Source: Sarea resinae (Eukaryota). Taken from it: a stretch of DNA of 64,000 bases. This document shows, in pieces, positions 50,972 through 61,871 of the stretch. How positions within the stretch are numbered: the first letter of the stretch is position 1; each line of letters starts with the position of its first letter. The position numbers and the translations under genes were made by a program. Location: the NCBI GenBank assembly GCA_026026165.1, contig JAPEUD010000006.1, forward strand, positions 310,001-374,000, written 5' to 3'. The notes below the pieces were generated by a model. It searched no databases. It saw only the letters and a program-made list of their open reading frames with translations, and had not been told where the DNA came from.

Positions 50972-52203
50972 GGCGAAGGTATGTGACTGTGAGCAGTAGA
51001 GTCGACGATGATTCTGAAAAGGAAAGTAAGGTCGGCATATACGGGGAAGTGGCGAAGAGGCGGAGTACTGGAGGGGAAAAGGTCAGGCAATAGAAGGAAG
51101 GAGATGCCAGGTAGGGAGGCAGGTGGGCAGGTAGGCAGGTATGCAAGTATGCAAGTATGCAAGTATGTAAAGGTATATACTCCGTAGGCTTTGCATTGGG
51201 TGATCAGGACATCACAGAATGGGGTTGAATGAATCAATGGGAGTGGGACGTGGGACGCGGGACGCGGGATGCGGGATGTGGGATGCGGGGGATTGATTAG
51301 TAATGTACGAACTACGGGGTGAAGAGTGAAGAGGCATCATCAATCAAACCAATTGATCTTATTCGACCATCTGCCGCGTAGACCGAGATCATCATACTGC
51401 GATACTCCGTACATCGGTACATCATCGTGATCCATCTTCCCCGATCTTCGAATTGATCTTCAGTTCCCATCTATCTAGGTACGGCACATCACTAATCCCT
51501 AGAATTGTTCAAATTGGCTGAGAGCATCATGCCTCAAGGAGAGACTCGGGTTCGGGGCGCGACAACGCGGAATGAGCATTGTCCTAGACCCGAATCCTCC
51601 CTACCGTCACAATCATAGCGAATAGTTGAAGAGAACGAGAAACTATGCTTCATACCTCTGATCAAGCCAGCTATGTCCCTATGATATGATACGATGGCAT
51701 GATGCCATCACGCATGCGGAAAGACACTGACAATGGAACGCTCAAATATTCGCTGTAGGCTGCAAGGAACACAAGGGAAGCGGCCTTCATACCGCTCTCT
51801 TGTAAAGCATCGGACAAAGAAGCAAGGGTAAGTGAAGTAAGAAAAGATAGTCTAAAATACAGCAAACGCCCCATCGATGCCCTCATTTCAAATCAAACAT
51901 GCCTTTATTTTTCTCCCATCGTGTCCAGACGAGAGACTCAACAAGAAAAACGCCGGACTTTTTGTGCAAGTGGTTTCGTAGCCGTCACTTCTCCTTTTTC
52001 AGGGAATAGGAGATGAGAGTTCATACGCTCGAGAAGTCGTAAAGCAATACCACGTAAGACTTCGCGAGGGTTGTCCCGTCTCCCGTCGGGACTCCAAAAT
52101 CGAATCGAAGAAATGATTCGGCACCTCACGATTCAAGCGCTGATGAGGGCTGCATGATGGTGGTGATCTTTGATTGCTAGCTGCGTGGAACTTCAAAGGC
52201 CCA

Positions 52204-55200
52204 TCAGTCATCGGCGACAGCTTCGACGTCAATAGCATTGTCGACTTGATCATTCATTTCCTCTCCTTTCGCATCGACAACGATTCGTCTACCCCGCATC
52301 TCTTCGGGTACACCGTCTCTCGATGCACCAAAATCAAGGACCTTGAAGATTTAGTAATGTATTTACCATGAACACGCAGAAGACATACCTCGATATAAGT
52401 CAGATTCTTACGTTGCACTGCAGCAACACATCTCCGCTCATTGAACTTGACTTGCCATACGCCACTCAAATCCGTCAAGAGATCACGGACACATTCGCCT
52501 GTCTTCACATCCCACATCTTGAGTGTCCGATCGGATCCGGAAATTACCTTCTGGCCGTCATGCTGAAAGCAGGTGATGGCGGCGGTGTGGGCGGTCAAGG
52601 TGCTTTTGCATTGTCCAGTCTCCGGATCCCAGATTCTTAACGTCGTATCGGCCGCAGCAGATATCAATCGATCATTGCTGAGGTCCAGTAGACCTACTAG
52701 AGATGTGTGGCCTTCAAGGTTGAAGAGCACAAGTCCAGAATCTAACGACCATACCTTGACGAGATTGTCCATCGAGCCGCTGATACAGCGGTTTCGCTTA
52801 TGATCGAGGACTACACTGTACACCTTTTGCGTATGTCCTTGCAACCGATGCACGGTCTCTCCTGTTGATATCTTCCACACACGCACACTACAATCATAGC
52901 TTCCGCTGACCAAGGTGTCGCCATGAGCGGCTATAGCGCGCACGGAATGGTGATGACCAGTAAGTGCGCGGACAAAGAAAGGACAATCCTCATCGTTAAG
53001 CGGAGGGCCGGCTTGGAAGTAAGTAGGATCTCCTTCCTGTGGCAGCTTCCATATCCTCAGGCTCGAATCCCGGGATCCAGTGATGATCAGAGGCTGTTTC
53101 GGCATGATTAGGGGCGTACCATCGGCTATGCGTCCAATCTCTGTCGGCATGAGGATTTGCAAGCACCTGACAGTAGATGTATGACCTTGAAAGACCTGCG
53201 TACAGATACCCTTCTCGATGTCCCAAACTCTGACTGACCGGTCGGTTGACCCAGAAACTAAAACGTTGCCTTCATATTGCAGTGCCCACACACCACCTTC
53301 GTGTCCGGCGAGCTTGGTGCGTAGAGCACCCGTTTTGGTATCGTAAACATTGATATTGTTATCATCACTACCTGTAAGGATCTTGTCCGTATCGAATTGC
53401 AAGCAAGTGATGACATCTCGTTGATGTGCTCGAAATGCAAGATGTTTCGGCTTGGCATCGTCCCGCATCCAGCTTTTTCGTATGAGGTGATGTCGTTGAT
53501 AGAGTGATTTGTAGAGATGGAGATTTCGAAGACTTGGGATGCCAACACTAGGATTCGGCACTGCTAATGCCGCGGCAGAGGCGGCAGCATATGGACCTTC
53601 GGCTACCGAGAGCTGTCTCAGCCAGCCTTCGACTGGAGGTTGTTCCGAAAAGTCCCTGGCAGCTCCCTTTCGCTTCTGTTGTTTGCGGCTGGGATACTTG
53701 CTCGCCGCTTTTCTCTTAGGCCGCCTGCCCTGTGAGGTTGAGGCGACCATATCCGTGCCGGTAATGGAGCCGAGATCCGCGCCAGATGCTAACACTGATG
53801 TTGATGACATTTCGCTGTCTGACTTTGTTGTCGACCTTCCGATGTCCCTTTCCCAATTATAGGCCCCGTATGGATGCTGCCAGCCCCATCCTTCCTTGAT
53901 TGCTCGCTTGAGTTCTCCTTCTGTGAGTACATATCCGTCTCTGTCAAAGAGCTCCTTCCACGCCTTTTCGTCAGAATTGATAATGTGTCTCCATTTCTTG
54001 GATACCTGAGCGGCACGGCACAGGCTCTTGACATCAAGATACTTGATGATGTTGAGGCTCAACTCCAATGGAAGAAGTTCTAGGAAATCATACTTCAATG
54101 CTGGATTTACAACATCGGCCACAAAGTGTAAAGTAGATTTCGAACATCGACGTAAGAGCTGGTACATGACATACGTCTTCATCTCGTCGGGCATCACGTC
54201 GAAAGAGTCGAGCATCGAAGGAATACCCATCATTCCTTGCGACGACAAATGCTCATTAGCCATTGCAAAGCTCTCTGACTCTGGACTGCCACCTTCCCGG
54301 TCAGGTACGGTGGACGACTTGAATGATCTTTGTGGACGCTTGAAGGCATGGGGTATGCTGAGGTGATGAGCGTGAGAGGATTCGGAGTTCGGGCTGCCTT
54401 CCTCATCTTTGTCAGTTTCCGCAAAATAATCGGCATTATGGGCTAAGTTGGCGGCGGCTGTGACAGGCGACAGGCTTGGGCTAGGTAGACTGAGGTCTTG
54501 TGCAGCTGTAGTATTTAAGCAACTAGGCCGTCCTGATCGATTGATGTGTGTATTCTCCCCTTCGTCTTGTGCCACGACCTGAAGGTCATCTTCAGTGGCG
54601 GGCGGGGTTGCTGCAGCTTCGAGTGGCACTGGAACGGCATCCTCTTCCTCGGAAGAGATTGATTCCGAGGGCCCAGAAAGAGTCGTGAGGGTGTCGACGC
54701 TATCGGCGAAAGACGACGCGTTGCTTGCTCCCTGTGACTCCGCCTGATTTTCCGCTGGATCCTGCCGAACGATTGAAGACTGTCTTGAAGGAGGTTGCTG
54801 AAAAGACACCACCTGCGCCAACTGATGCTCTGACCGATGACGGAGTTCTCTTCGATGTTTCTTGTCCTGCTGGAGAACGACGTCATGCTCTGTATCTGGT
54901 GTTCGGGGTACAGCATTTCGTAATCGGTGAGATGAGCGGAAAGGACTGTGAGCCCCTTGCGAACCGGCTTCTGCAGCATCAATATTGAAGCCGGATATAC
55001 TCCGCCGCTTATTACTGCGACTCTGCAATCTCGCTATGCCAACTGCTTCAGAGATAGATACAGGCGACGCCGGACGCTTACGGGAAGAGGATGTAGGATT
55101 CGCAGGTGGTGTGGATGAGTCAATAGATGCTGGTACTGATCTAGGGGCTAGAGAGCGCGGGGTCTCGAACCGTGGTTCATGAGTAGTGACAGAGCGTACC

Positions 55201-55808
55201 AAGCCATCAGATGCTTGGAGAGAAGCTCGCTGTCGTTTGAGCTATATTGGGTGCGGTTAGTGAGTGTTCAGTTCACAGATAGACAAACCGTGACAGCCGG
55301 GATAAAAAGGTGTGCATTAATCGTTCAAGCAGAAGAGGCAAAAGTGGGAACAAACCTTCTGGACTTCTTCGGGCACATCATCTGCTTCGCGAAAGTATGT
55401 CGGCTTCCCTTCGAGGTCAAAGCAAAAGCTCTTAATAGCGTTTGGCGTTGGGGAGGTAGCGAGAGGGTATAGCTTTGGGTCGAGGTTGCTCAGATGACGG
55501 GGTGCTCTCATGACAAAAGGGGGAAATGCGGTGGTCGTGGTGGTTGTAGTCGTGACAACGGTAGTCTGAGTTGCCGGTGCATAAGAGAATTGAGCTAGAG
55601 TGCTATACGGAGAAGCTCCTTGTGCTTGCGGTGCATTCCCTGTGGAATCCTCGTCATGTTGCTCCATCGTCGACGTGGGGACCTGTGTCAGATGGGCTAA
55701 TGGCGTACTCGGCTTTGGGATTCCTGACGACGAGGGTGATGTATCCAGCCGACTGGCATGTCCCTTCGCCTCTCGAGGGTATGTTGACGGTCTTATGGGG
55801 GGCTCCAT
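52204..55808 (-). CDS. CDC4: SCF substrate receptor Cdc4 (F-box + WD40)
   Basis: Exons 55808-55356, 55241-52389 and 52341-52204. D-domain (MKTYVMYQLLRRC), F-box (DFLELLPLELSLNIIKYLD), WD40 repeats (VITCLQFD, GHEGGVWAL, GHTSTVRCL, GHTQKVYSV), and the C-terminal TYIE-VLDFGASRDG. Confidence 0.95.
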
Positions 55809-57208
55809 GTTCTGACGCGCGGATGCCGACGCAAACGTCTAAAACGCGAGCTTGACACGGCCTACTGGCGGTAGCTGAGCGCGTTGACGATCTTCGAGTC
55901 TGCGATGGGTCCAGATGATCCGAAGACTACCTGCTGAAGATGTGGAAAATGCCCATAAGGAGTCTCTGGCGCGAAAAAGAGTGAGGATGTTCGGGATATA
56001 AGGCGAATTATGACGAGGGATAGATGCCCAAGTGCAAAACAGTCCGAGAGGCGTCCTAAGCGGGGAAAGCGGTGGGTGGTTCCAGACAAGGACACGCCTT
56101 GAGACGCCGAAGGAATGGCGAGGTTTTCCAAACAGTTCGTCGGGAGCCTCTTGACGGCGTGAGAGGTGTGAGAGGCGTGAGAGAGCGTTGGAGGAGAGGT
56201 GGAAGGGGCTCTTGGTCGGGGAGGTCGAGCTTAGGGTGCGGAGAGGGAGAAGAGGGCTGGGAATAATGAATGGGGGATTCACTCCCTGACGTTCCCAGCT
56301 TCCTTCCTTCCTTCGAGCCCAGCCGATCTGTTGGTGCGGGCCGACGTGCGGCGAGGATGATGTACATGTACGAAGTACAGAGTACCGAGGGTGGATGTAC
56401 TCCATACACTTCTCACCCTGCCTTCAGGCTAGATAGCTTTACACTCCATTGGATCTTTCCATGCATTACCTGTGCACGGTTGCCTACGTCCCCCAACGTG
56501 GCAGGGAGGTGGCTCTGAAAGGATGGCAATAGAGTAAGGAGCTGGAGCCTTCAGGGTTCAATGGATCCATACCAGTCTGCAAAGTAGATAGGTAAGGTAC
56601 TCATAGTAAGGTGGTGGAGGTAGTCTGTTGATGGGCTGTGCTCCTTAGTCATGCTCATACAGGTACCCATGACCTAGTACCAAGTACTCTACACAGATCA
56701 TTCTCTTATCTTAGGAGTCACCGTACTGCGTAAGCTAAAGTATGCGGTACGGTACTATGTAGAGCCCAGTGTCGCCACTGCAGAGCTAATAGAAGGAACA
56801 TGACTCTCTCACTCAGCTCCAGGGCTCGCAACACGGTTACAAGTTGCGCAGAGAGAGAAAGAGAGAGCCAGACAGATCGATGACAGATTTATTCCATGTC
56901 GCTATCTAGGGGAGCAATGATCAGCGAGCTTGTGAGAAGATGAAGATGATGACCCTTTGGCCCTTTCCTCGACGAATCTCCAGACCATCGCCATGAATCC
57001 TGAAACGGCTTTTCCCTCAAACGAATCATACGGATAGAGTCTCAATCGTGGGACGAGATGCTACCAAGGTTTGCAGACGTTCCTCGCAGCGCAGCTAGTG
57101 AACAATGAGTCGTACTCTACTACCCTTTCCTATCATCTGTGGAGACGACACCAGCTCGGATGAACACATCTCTGAAATGTCTTCTTTGTCTCCCTTGCCG
57201 TTGCAGCG

Positions 57209-59997
57209 CTAGCTTCTGTTCGTGGATCCCACAGTGCGTCCTGGTCCCACTAACACTCGATTGCCATTCCCAGGAGACGTAGTTTCGCCATTGACCATCT
57301 GATACAGGCCTTCAGCCCCTCTAGTTCGACGAAGAGATCTTGGACTGATGCGGGCCGAAGGAGCCGATGACCGAGCTTGTCCTGACTTAAAGGGAACATA
57401 TTGCGCAGCCGCAGGATTCAGGGGGGGAACCTCGTGGGAATTGTGGACGCTCAGTCCGCGTTGGAGGTGGCTCTGGGCAGGACCTCGGGACAGTGGATCA
57501 TTGACCAGAATATTGGTGTGGTGAGGCGCCTGAACATAAAGCTGAACCATTTCACGACCAATAGTGTCCGCAAGGCTGCCAAACGTTCAGCATGAACCGC
57601 GAAACACGGTTGGAAAAAGAAAGCTTACATAGTTGCATCTTGAGAAAAATTGATTGACTGGACTGAAGCCGATGGGTCGTGTAAATGGTGGAAGAGCTTT
57701 TTGGAGACATCTTTACAGTAAACCCAGAGGACTGGAAAGAAACTTTGCAAGCCATTAGCCTCACGGTAGAGTTGCAGAGGTCTAAGACTCACCCTTGGCG
57801 TTCGGATGCTGACGAGGCGATAGGACGAGCATCTTCGATCTTTGGTCCTGAAAGTTCGGCCAAACCACAGAATTTTTGACTGGAGATAGTTCAGAACTTC
57901 AAAGTATAGAGGGAAGCTTGAGACCTCTTACCTATTATTGACCGAGAAGATAAGCACGACTTTGTCAGCCCCCTTTCGCATATCCCATACTTGTTGGATC
58001 AATCTGTTCCCATTCACGCTCGAAGTCCAGATCCCTTTCTGAATGGTATTGCGAATAGTTGCTTCATTCGTTTCTACACATATAACGGCGGACTGGATTT
58101 ATTGTTAGTATGTAGAACACGATAATGGAAGCCTCTCCCATGCGAGAGAACTTACTCTATATGGCAGCTGCCAATAATCCGGATTGAGGCCCGAGAGGAT
58201 TTCCATAGTATTTGGCAGGATAGGAGCAATTCTCTCTCCCCGGCTTAGCCGAGCCTTGAATGATTTCGAATGACGGCTCTGCTCCCAGACTGGCTCCGGA
58301 GATTGCCTGAGAGTATTGCATTCAGCTGTAGAGACGAACTGCGGGTTTCTATTGCTACTATCCTCCAAATTAAAGACGTTACTCTCCTGGTCCTGAACGC
58401 TCAGTGGCATCGAGTTGGTCGAAGGTTTACTGAAGTTCAGACTGTCCAAGAACTCCTGCACTGCCATTTCTGGATGCCTGGACATCTCTGAAAGAAGGTC
58501 CCAGACATTCAGCTGTCCAAGGGCTTTTCCTCCAAAAGGAGCTTCGCTCTCACTCAGCTTCGAACGAGACCGGTCCTGCCCGCGAGAAATTCTACTAAGT
58601 TGTGGTCCCGAAAGATGATTGGAAAAGGATTTGTCAGTATGGAAGCCGAATTGAGTACTCGAAGGAGGGATACTGCTTGGAGGAGCGTGTGGTCCAGTCG
58701 ATACTTCTTGCTGTAGGAGGATCGAATTTGCCCACTCGGCTGGAGGATCAGGGGCACTAGAACTAATCTGATGCAAATTCCTGGATTCTGAGGATGAGTT
58801 GGCAGCCCCAGAGCCATATACATGGCTAGATTTGGTACCTGAGGCCGATCTCAAATGACCGCTCGATAAATTAGAAGCAAGATCCGCGTTGTCGGAAAGC
58901 TCATTGGTGACTAGGATTCGTGCTGCGCGGTTATCTTCGGCGGGTTTCATTTGCTTGTAGTCCATCACAGAGGATGTCATGGCAATTTTTGATGGGATCA
59001 AATCTGATGCAGGATCGAAATATTGCTTGATGATGGAACCCTGGTCCTCATTCTCATTTTGATGCGAGAAGGTTGCAATTGGAGCGAGTACACGACTTGG
59101 AAATGATGATCGGTGTTCAAGTGGAGGTTGGAGTGTATCGCTCAGTGCTCTGGGCCGTTGGTGAATAGGTCCTATGTTTTGGCCGAGGTCTGGACCAACC
59201 TGTCCGGTCTGGTGTTCAGCAATGTCTGGAACTATTTGGAGAGGTGACAATTGATCTGGCCCAAGGTTGACCTGCTCCTGGTCCCTCATCCGCTTCTTCA
59301 TGTACTCATCGTAACTGGCCTTTTCGGGGGTCTTATCACTCGATGTAGTGAACAGGATGCCAGGAGATCGATACTGTTTGTTAGGAAGAGTTGCCCACCA
59401 TTTTTTTTGCTCACCAAACGAGGCACTCAATGGAGTGGTTGCTATTTGTAGCCAGTCCCGAGCTGGCACCGACGACTTTATTTCCAAAGATACCGGGATG
59501 CGGACGTTAACCTTCTTTTCTTTCAGGGTCTCATCATCTGCCAGAGGATTACGACTCTCAATAAAGTTGGGCACATAGAACCCTTCTGTAATCGAGTCTT
59601 CCCTGCGAAGTCTTCGACGTTGAATGAGAGGGGTCCCAGATTCCGTCGCCGCTTCGATGATGCTCCGGGGCTCAAAGACGAGCGTTCGCCCCAGATCATC
59701 ATCGTGAACTTTGGGAACATTTTCGCAACAGGTGCCCTCTGCCACCATGAGACTGTCTAGCGAAATAACACTGGCGAACGCTGGTTCCTTCAGCTCAAAA
59801 AACTGCTGAGCCTCATCCTCGAACGCCTCTCCCGCCCTTGCCTTGGCTTTGGCTTGACGTTGCTTAACATCATCAGCTTATTAATTCGTCTGTTAGCCAT
59901 GGCTATACATACCTGCTTCCTCCGAGATACTCTGTGACGAGGTTTGCGCTGCTTTGGTTGGCAGCTCTCCTCGTCATAGCTCACAGAAGATGTGAAC
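57209..59997 (-). CDS. YTH-domain RNA-binding protein, divergent (5' end unresolved)
   Basis: Exons 59997-59913, 59862-58156, 58092-57932, 57879-57793, 57742-57629 and 57575-57209, separated by 50-63 nt GT-AG introns that all keep frame. The C-terminal part reads NPDYWQLPYR-SAVICVETNEATIRNTIQKGIWTSSVNGNRLIQQVW...KVVLIFSVNNSQKFCGLAELSGP...GFFPVLWVYCKDVSKKLFHHL...SINFSQDATILADTIGREMVQLY...HHTNIL, which follows the YTH motif order. Confidence 0.85.
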
Positions 59998-61871
59998 CTA
60001 TTTAGAGATCGTCAGAAGTCGAATAATAGCTTTGTGTAGAGTTGTTAAGGTAAGAGAAGTCAGAAGAGCCATCCTCAACTCTTTCGCATTTTTTAGACAC
60101 CGCGTACCCCAACCACCTGTCAGGGCTGATGTATGACAGGCAAGAAGTCGCAACATGGAGGACGTCCCGATGATAGATTTACTACATCTGGTCTTCAAGC
60201 GGGGGAAATTGATAAGGGCAAGGGGCACCTCAGCAAATACTCACATGTTGATGGATCGCGCAGAAGCGACCAAACCGACTCTGTAAACCAAACTGAACTC
60301 TAGATTGAGTGTTAGCATTGCAGAGCCTTACAGCTGATCAAAGGCGATAGCCATACGGACAATTACAGCATAGAGTCGATGGAAACCTTCTTCAGGCAGC
60401 GAATGCTACAGGAGACCACAGCGCGTCCAGAGGAAGCCGTCTTGGTAGGAGATAGCAGAAGATTTGATCTTTCTGCTAGCAGGTAGAGGAGGAATGAATC
60501 AGGAGGCTAGTTGTATGATCCCATTTGAATCTTCGTGCCGGCTAAAGAGATCCCTTGAGAGTTACTCAACAAGCTTTGCTGAAAGGGCGAAGTCGAGGTG
60601 GATACACGGAAGAAGGAAGAGATTAAGTGAAAGTATGAGAAGTGAACAATCGAATACGCAGGTTCACTATCTTTTATGTATATGACAGACGAATTGAAAT
60701 TCGTCCTTGACAGACATATAGTCGTGCGCAGTCCGTCGCGGAGCTTCATGGTAGGACTCATTAATCTTGACGCTGAAATAACGAAGGAAATATCTCTGCC
60801 GCTTCCGGTATATTTGGCAAGCCTTAATATCAAACAAGACTAGAATACGCAGTCGCAAGTGTTAATCGTGATCAAAATATAGAACTATGCTGGTCCGTGG
60901 ATTCCAGAGAATAGCTGGAGATCAGGGGTAGCGCGGATCAAAGGCGTAGGTCCTTCGCTTCGCGCGCTTAACCTTCAGTTGGCTCTTTCGAAGACATCCC
61001 TCTTCAGATCCGACAATATGACTTTCTACAGAGCTGTCCATGATACAGGAGCATATCCCGTATGGAATAGTGTTCTCTATCGAAAACGAGACATGCTGAT
61101 GAGCTAGGTCTCGAGTTTTGCCATCTTGCCACGGCCGACATCCTCCGCCTTTCCCGGACGGAAAGGCGGACCAGGAATCTCTACGAAAGCCTGTTCACCT
61201 CTTATCTCCTCATCTCATTGTTGCTCAATCTATATATTCGTGCCCTTCCACTGGGTGCAGCTGGATTACAGTAAAGTCGCTGTCTCGAATTAGGGAATCT
61301 TGTGTCTTTAAATCACCATTAGTACTGCGATCGATCTATATTCACAGAAATATTAACCGACTTAGGGTACTAGAATGTCTTGGACTCGAAGATGCATTCC
61401 TCCCTGTAGATGACTTGTATTGAATTTTCCTTGCACCTCGGGTTCTGTAGGTATGTAGGTATCGATGCTCTGAGAGGGCCAGCAGCAGCGAATTGTCCCG
61501 AGCTCAACAATACTATTACCATATGGACATGTGCCAGTGAAGGGTGGGGTCTCCACAGACACTTACCTTACCTCCATCCAGCTGGATCCAGTCCGCTCTA
61601 TCTACCTGGTCCGTCCGATGTGCTGCACTTAGATGGTTAATAATGAGTTCTCGACTCAGCTAACGCTTCACAATGTTGGCCGCCTCATTGGGTTCCTTCC
61701 ATTCACTTCCATTGTATTGGCTTGCAACTTGCACATTTCTCGGTCATCGGCCTGAAGACCCAATCGCTTCATTCCTTCAAATCGCTGAGCTTTTGAGGAA
61801 GCTTTTCGAGGGTCTTTGAACGAACTCGTTCGGCCCAAATCCTCTCATCCATTACAATCATAAAGGCAACG

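Noticed and set aside
57690..57710. Apparent frameshift in a YTH exon
   Set aside because: Recounting the A5 run gives GTC TCC AAA AAG CTC, so the frame is intact.
61100..61640. Splice-like signals on both strands between the YTH gene and HOP1 (possible lncRNA or leader exons)
   Set aside because: I could not assemble a consistent exon chain; transcript data are needed.
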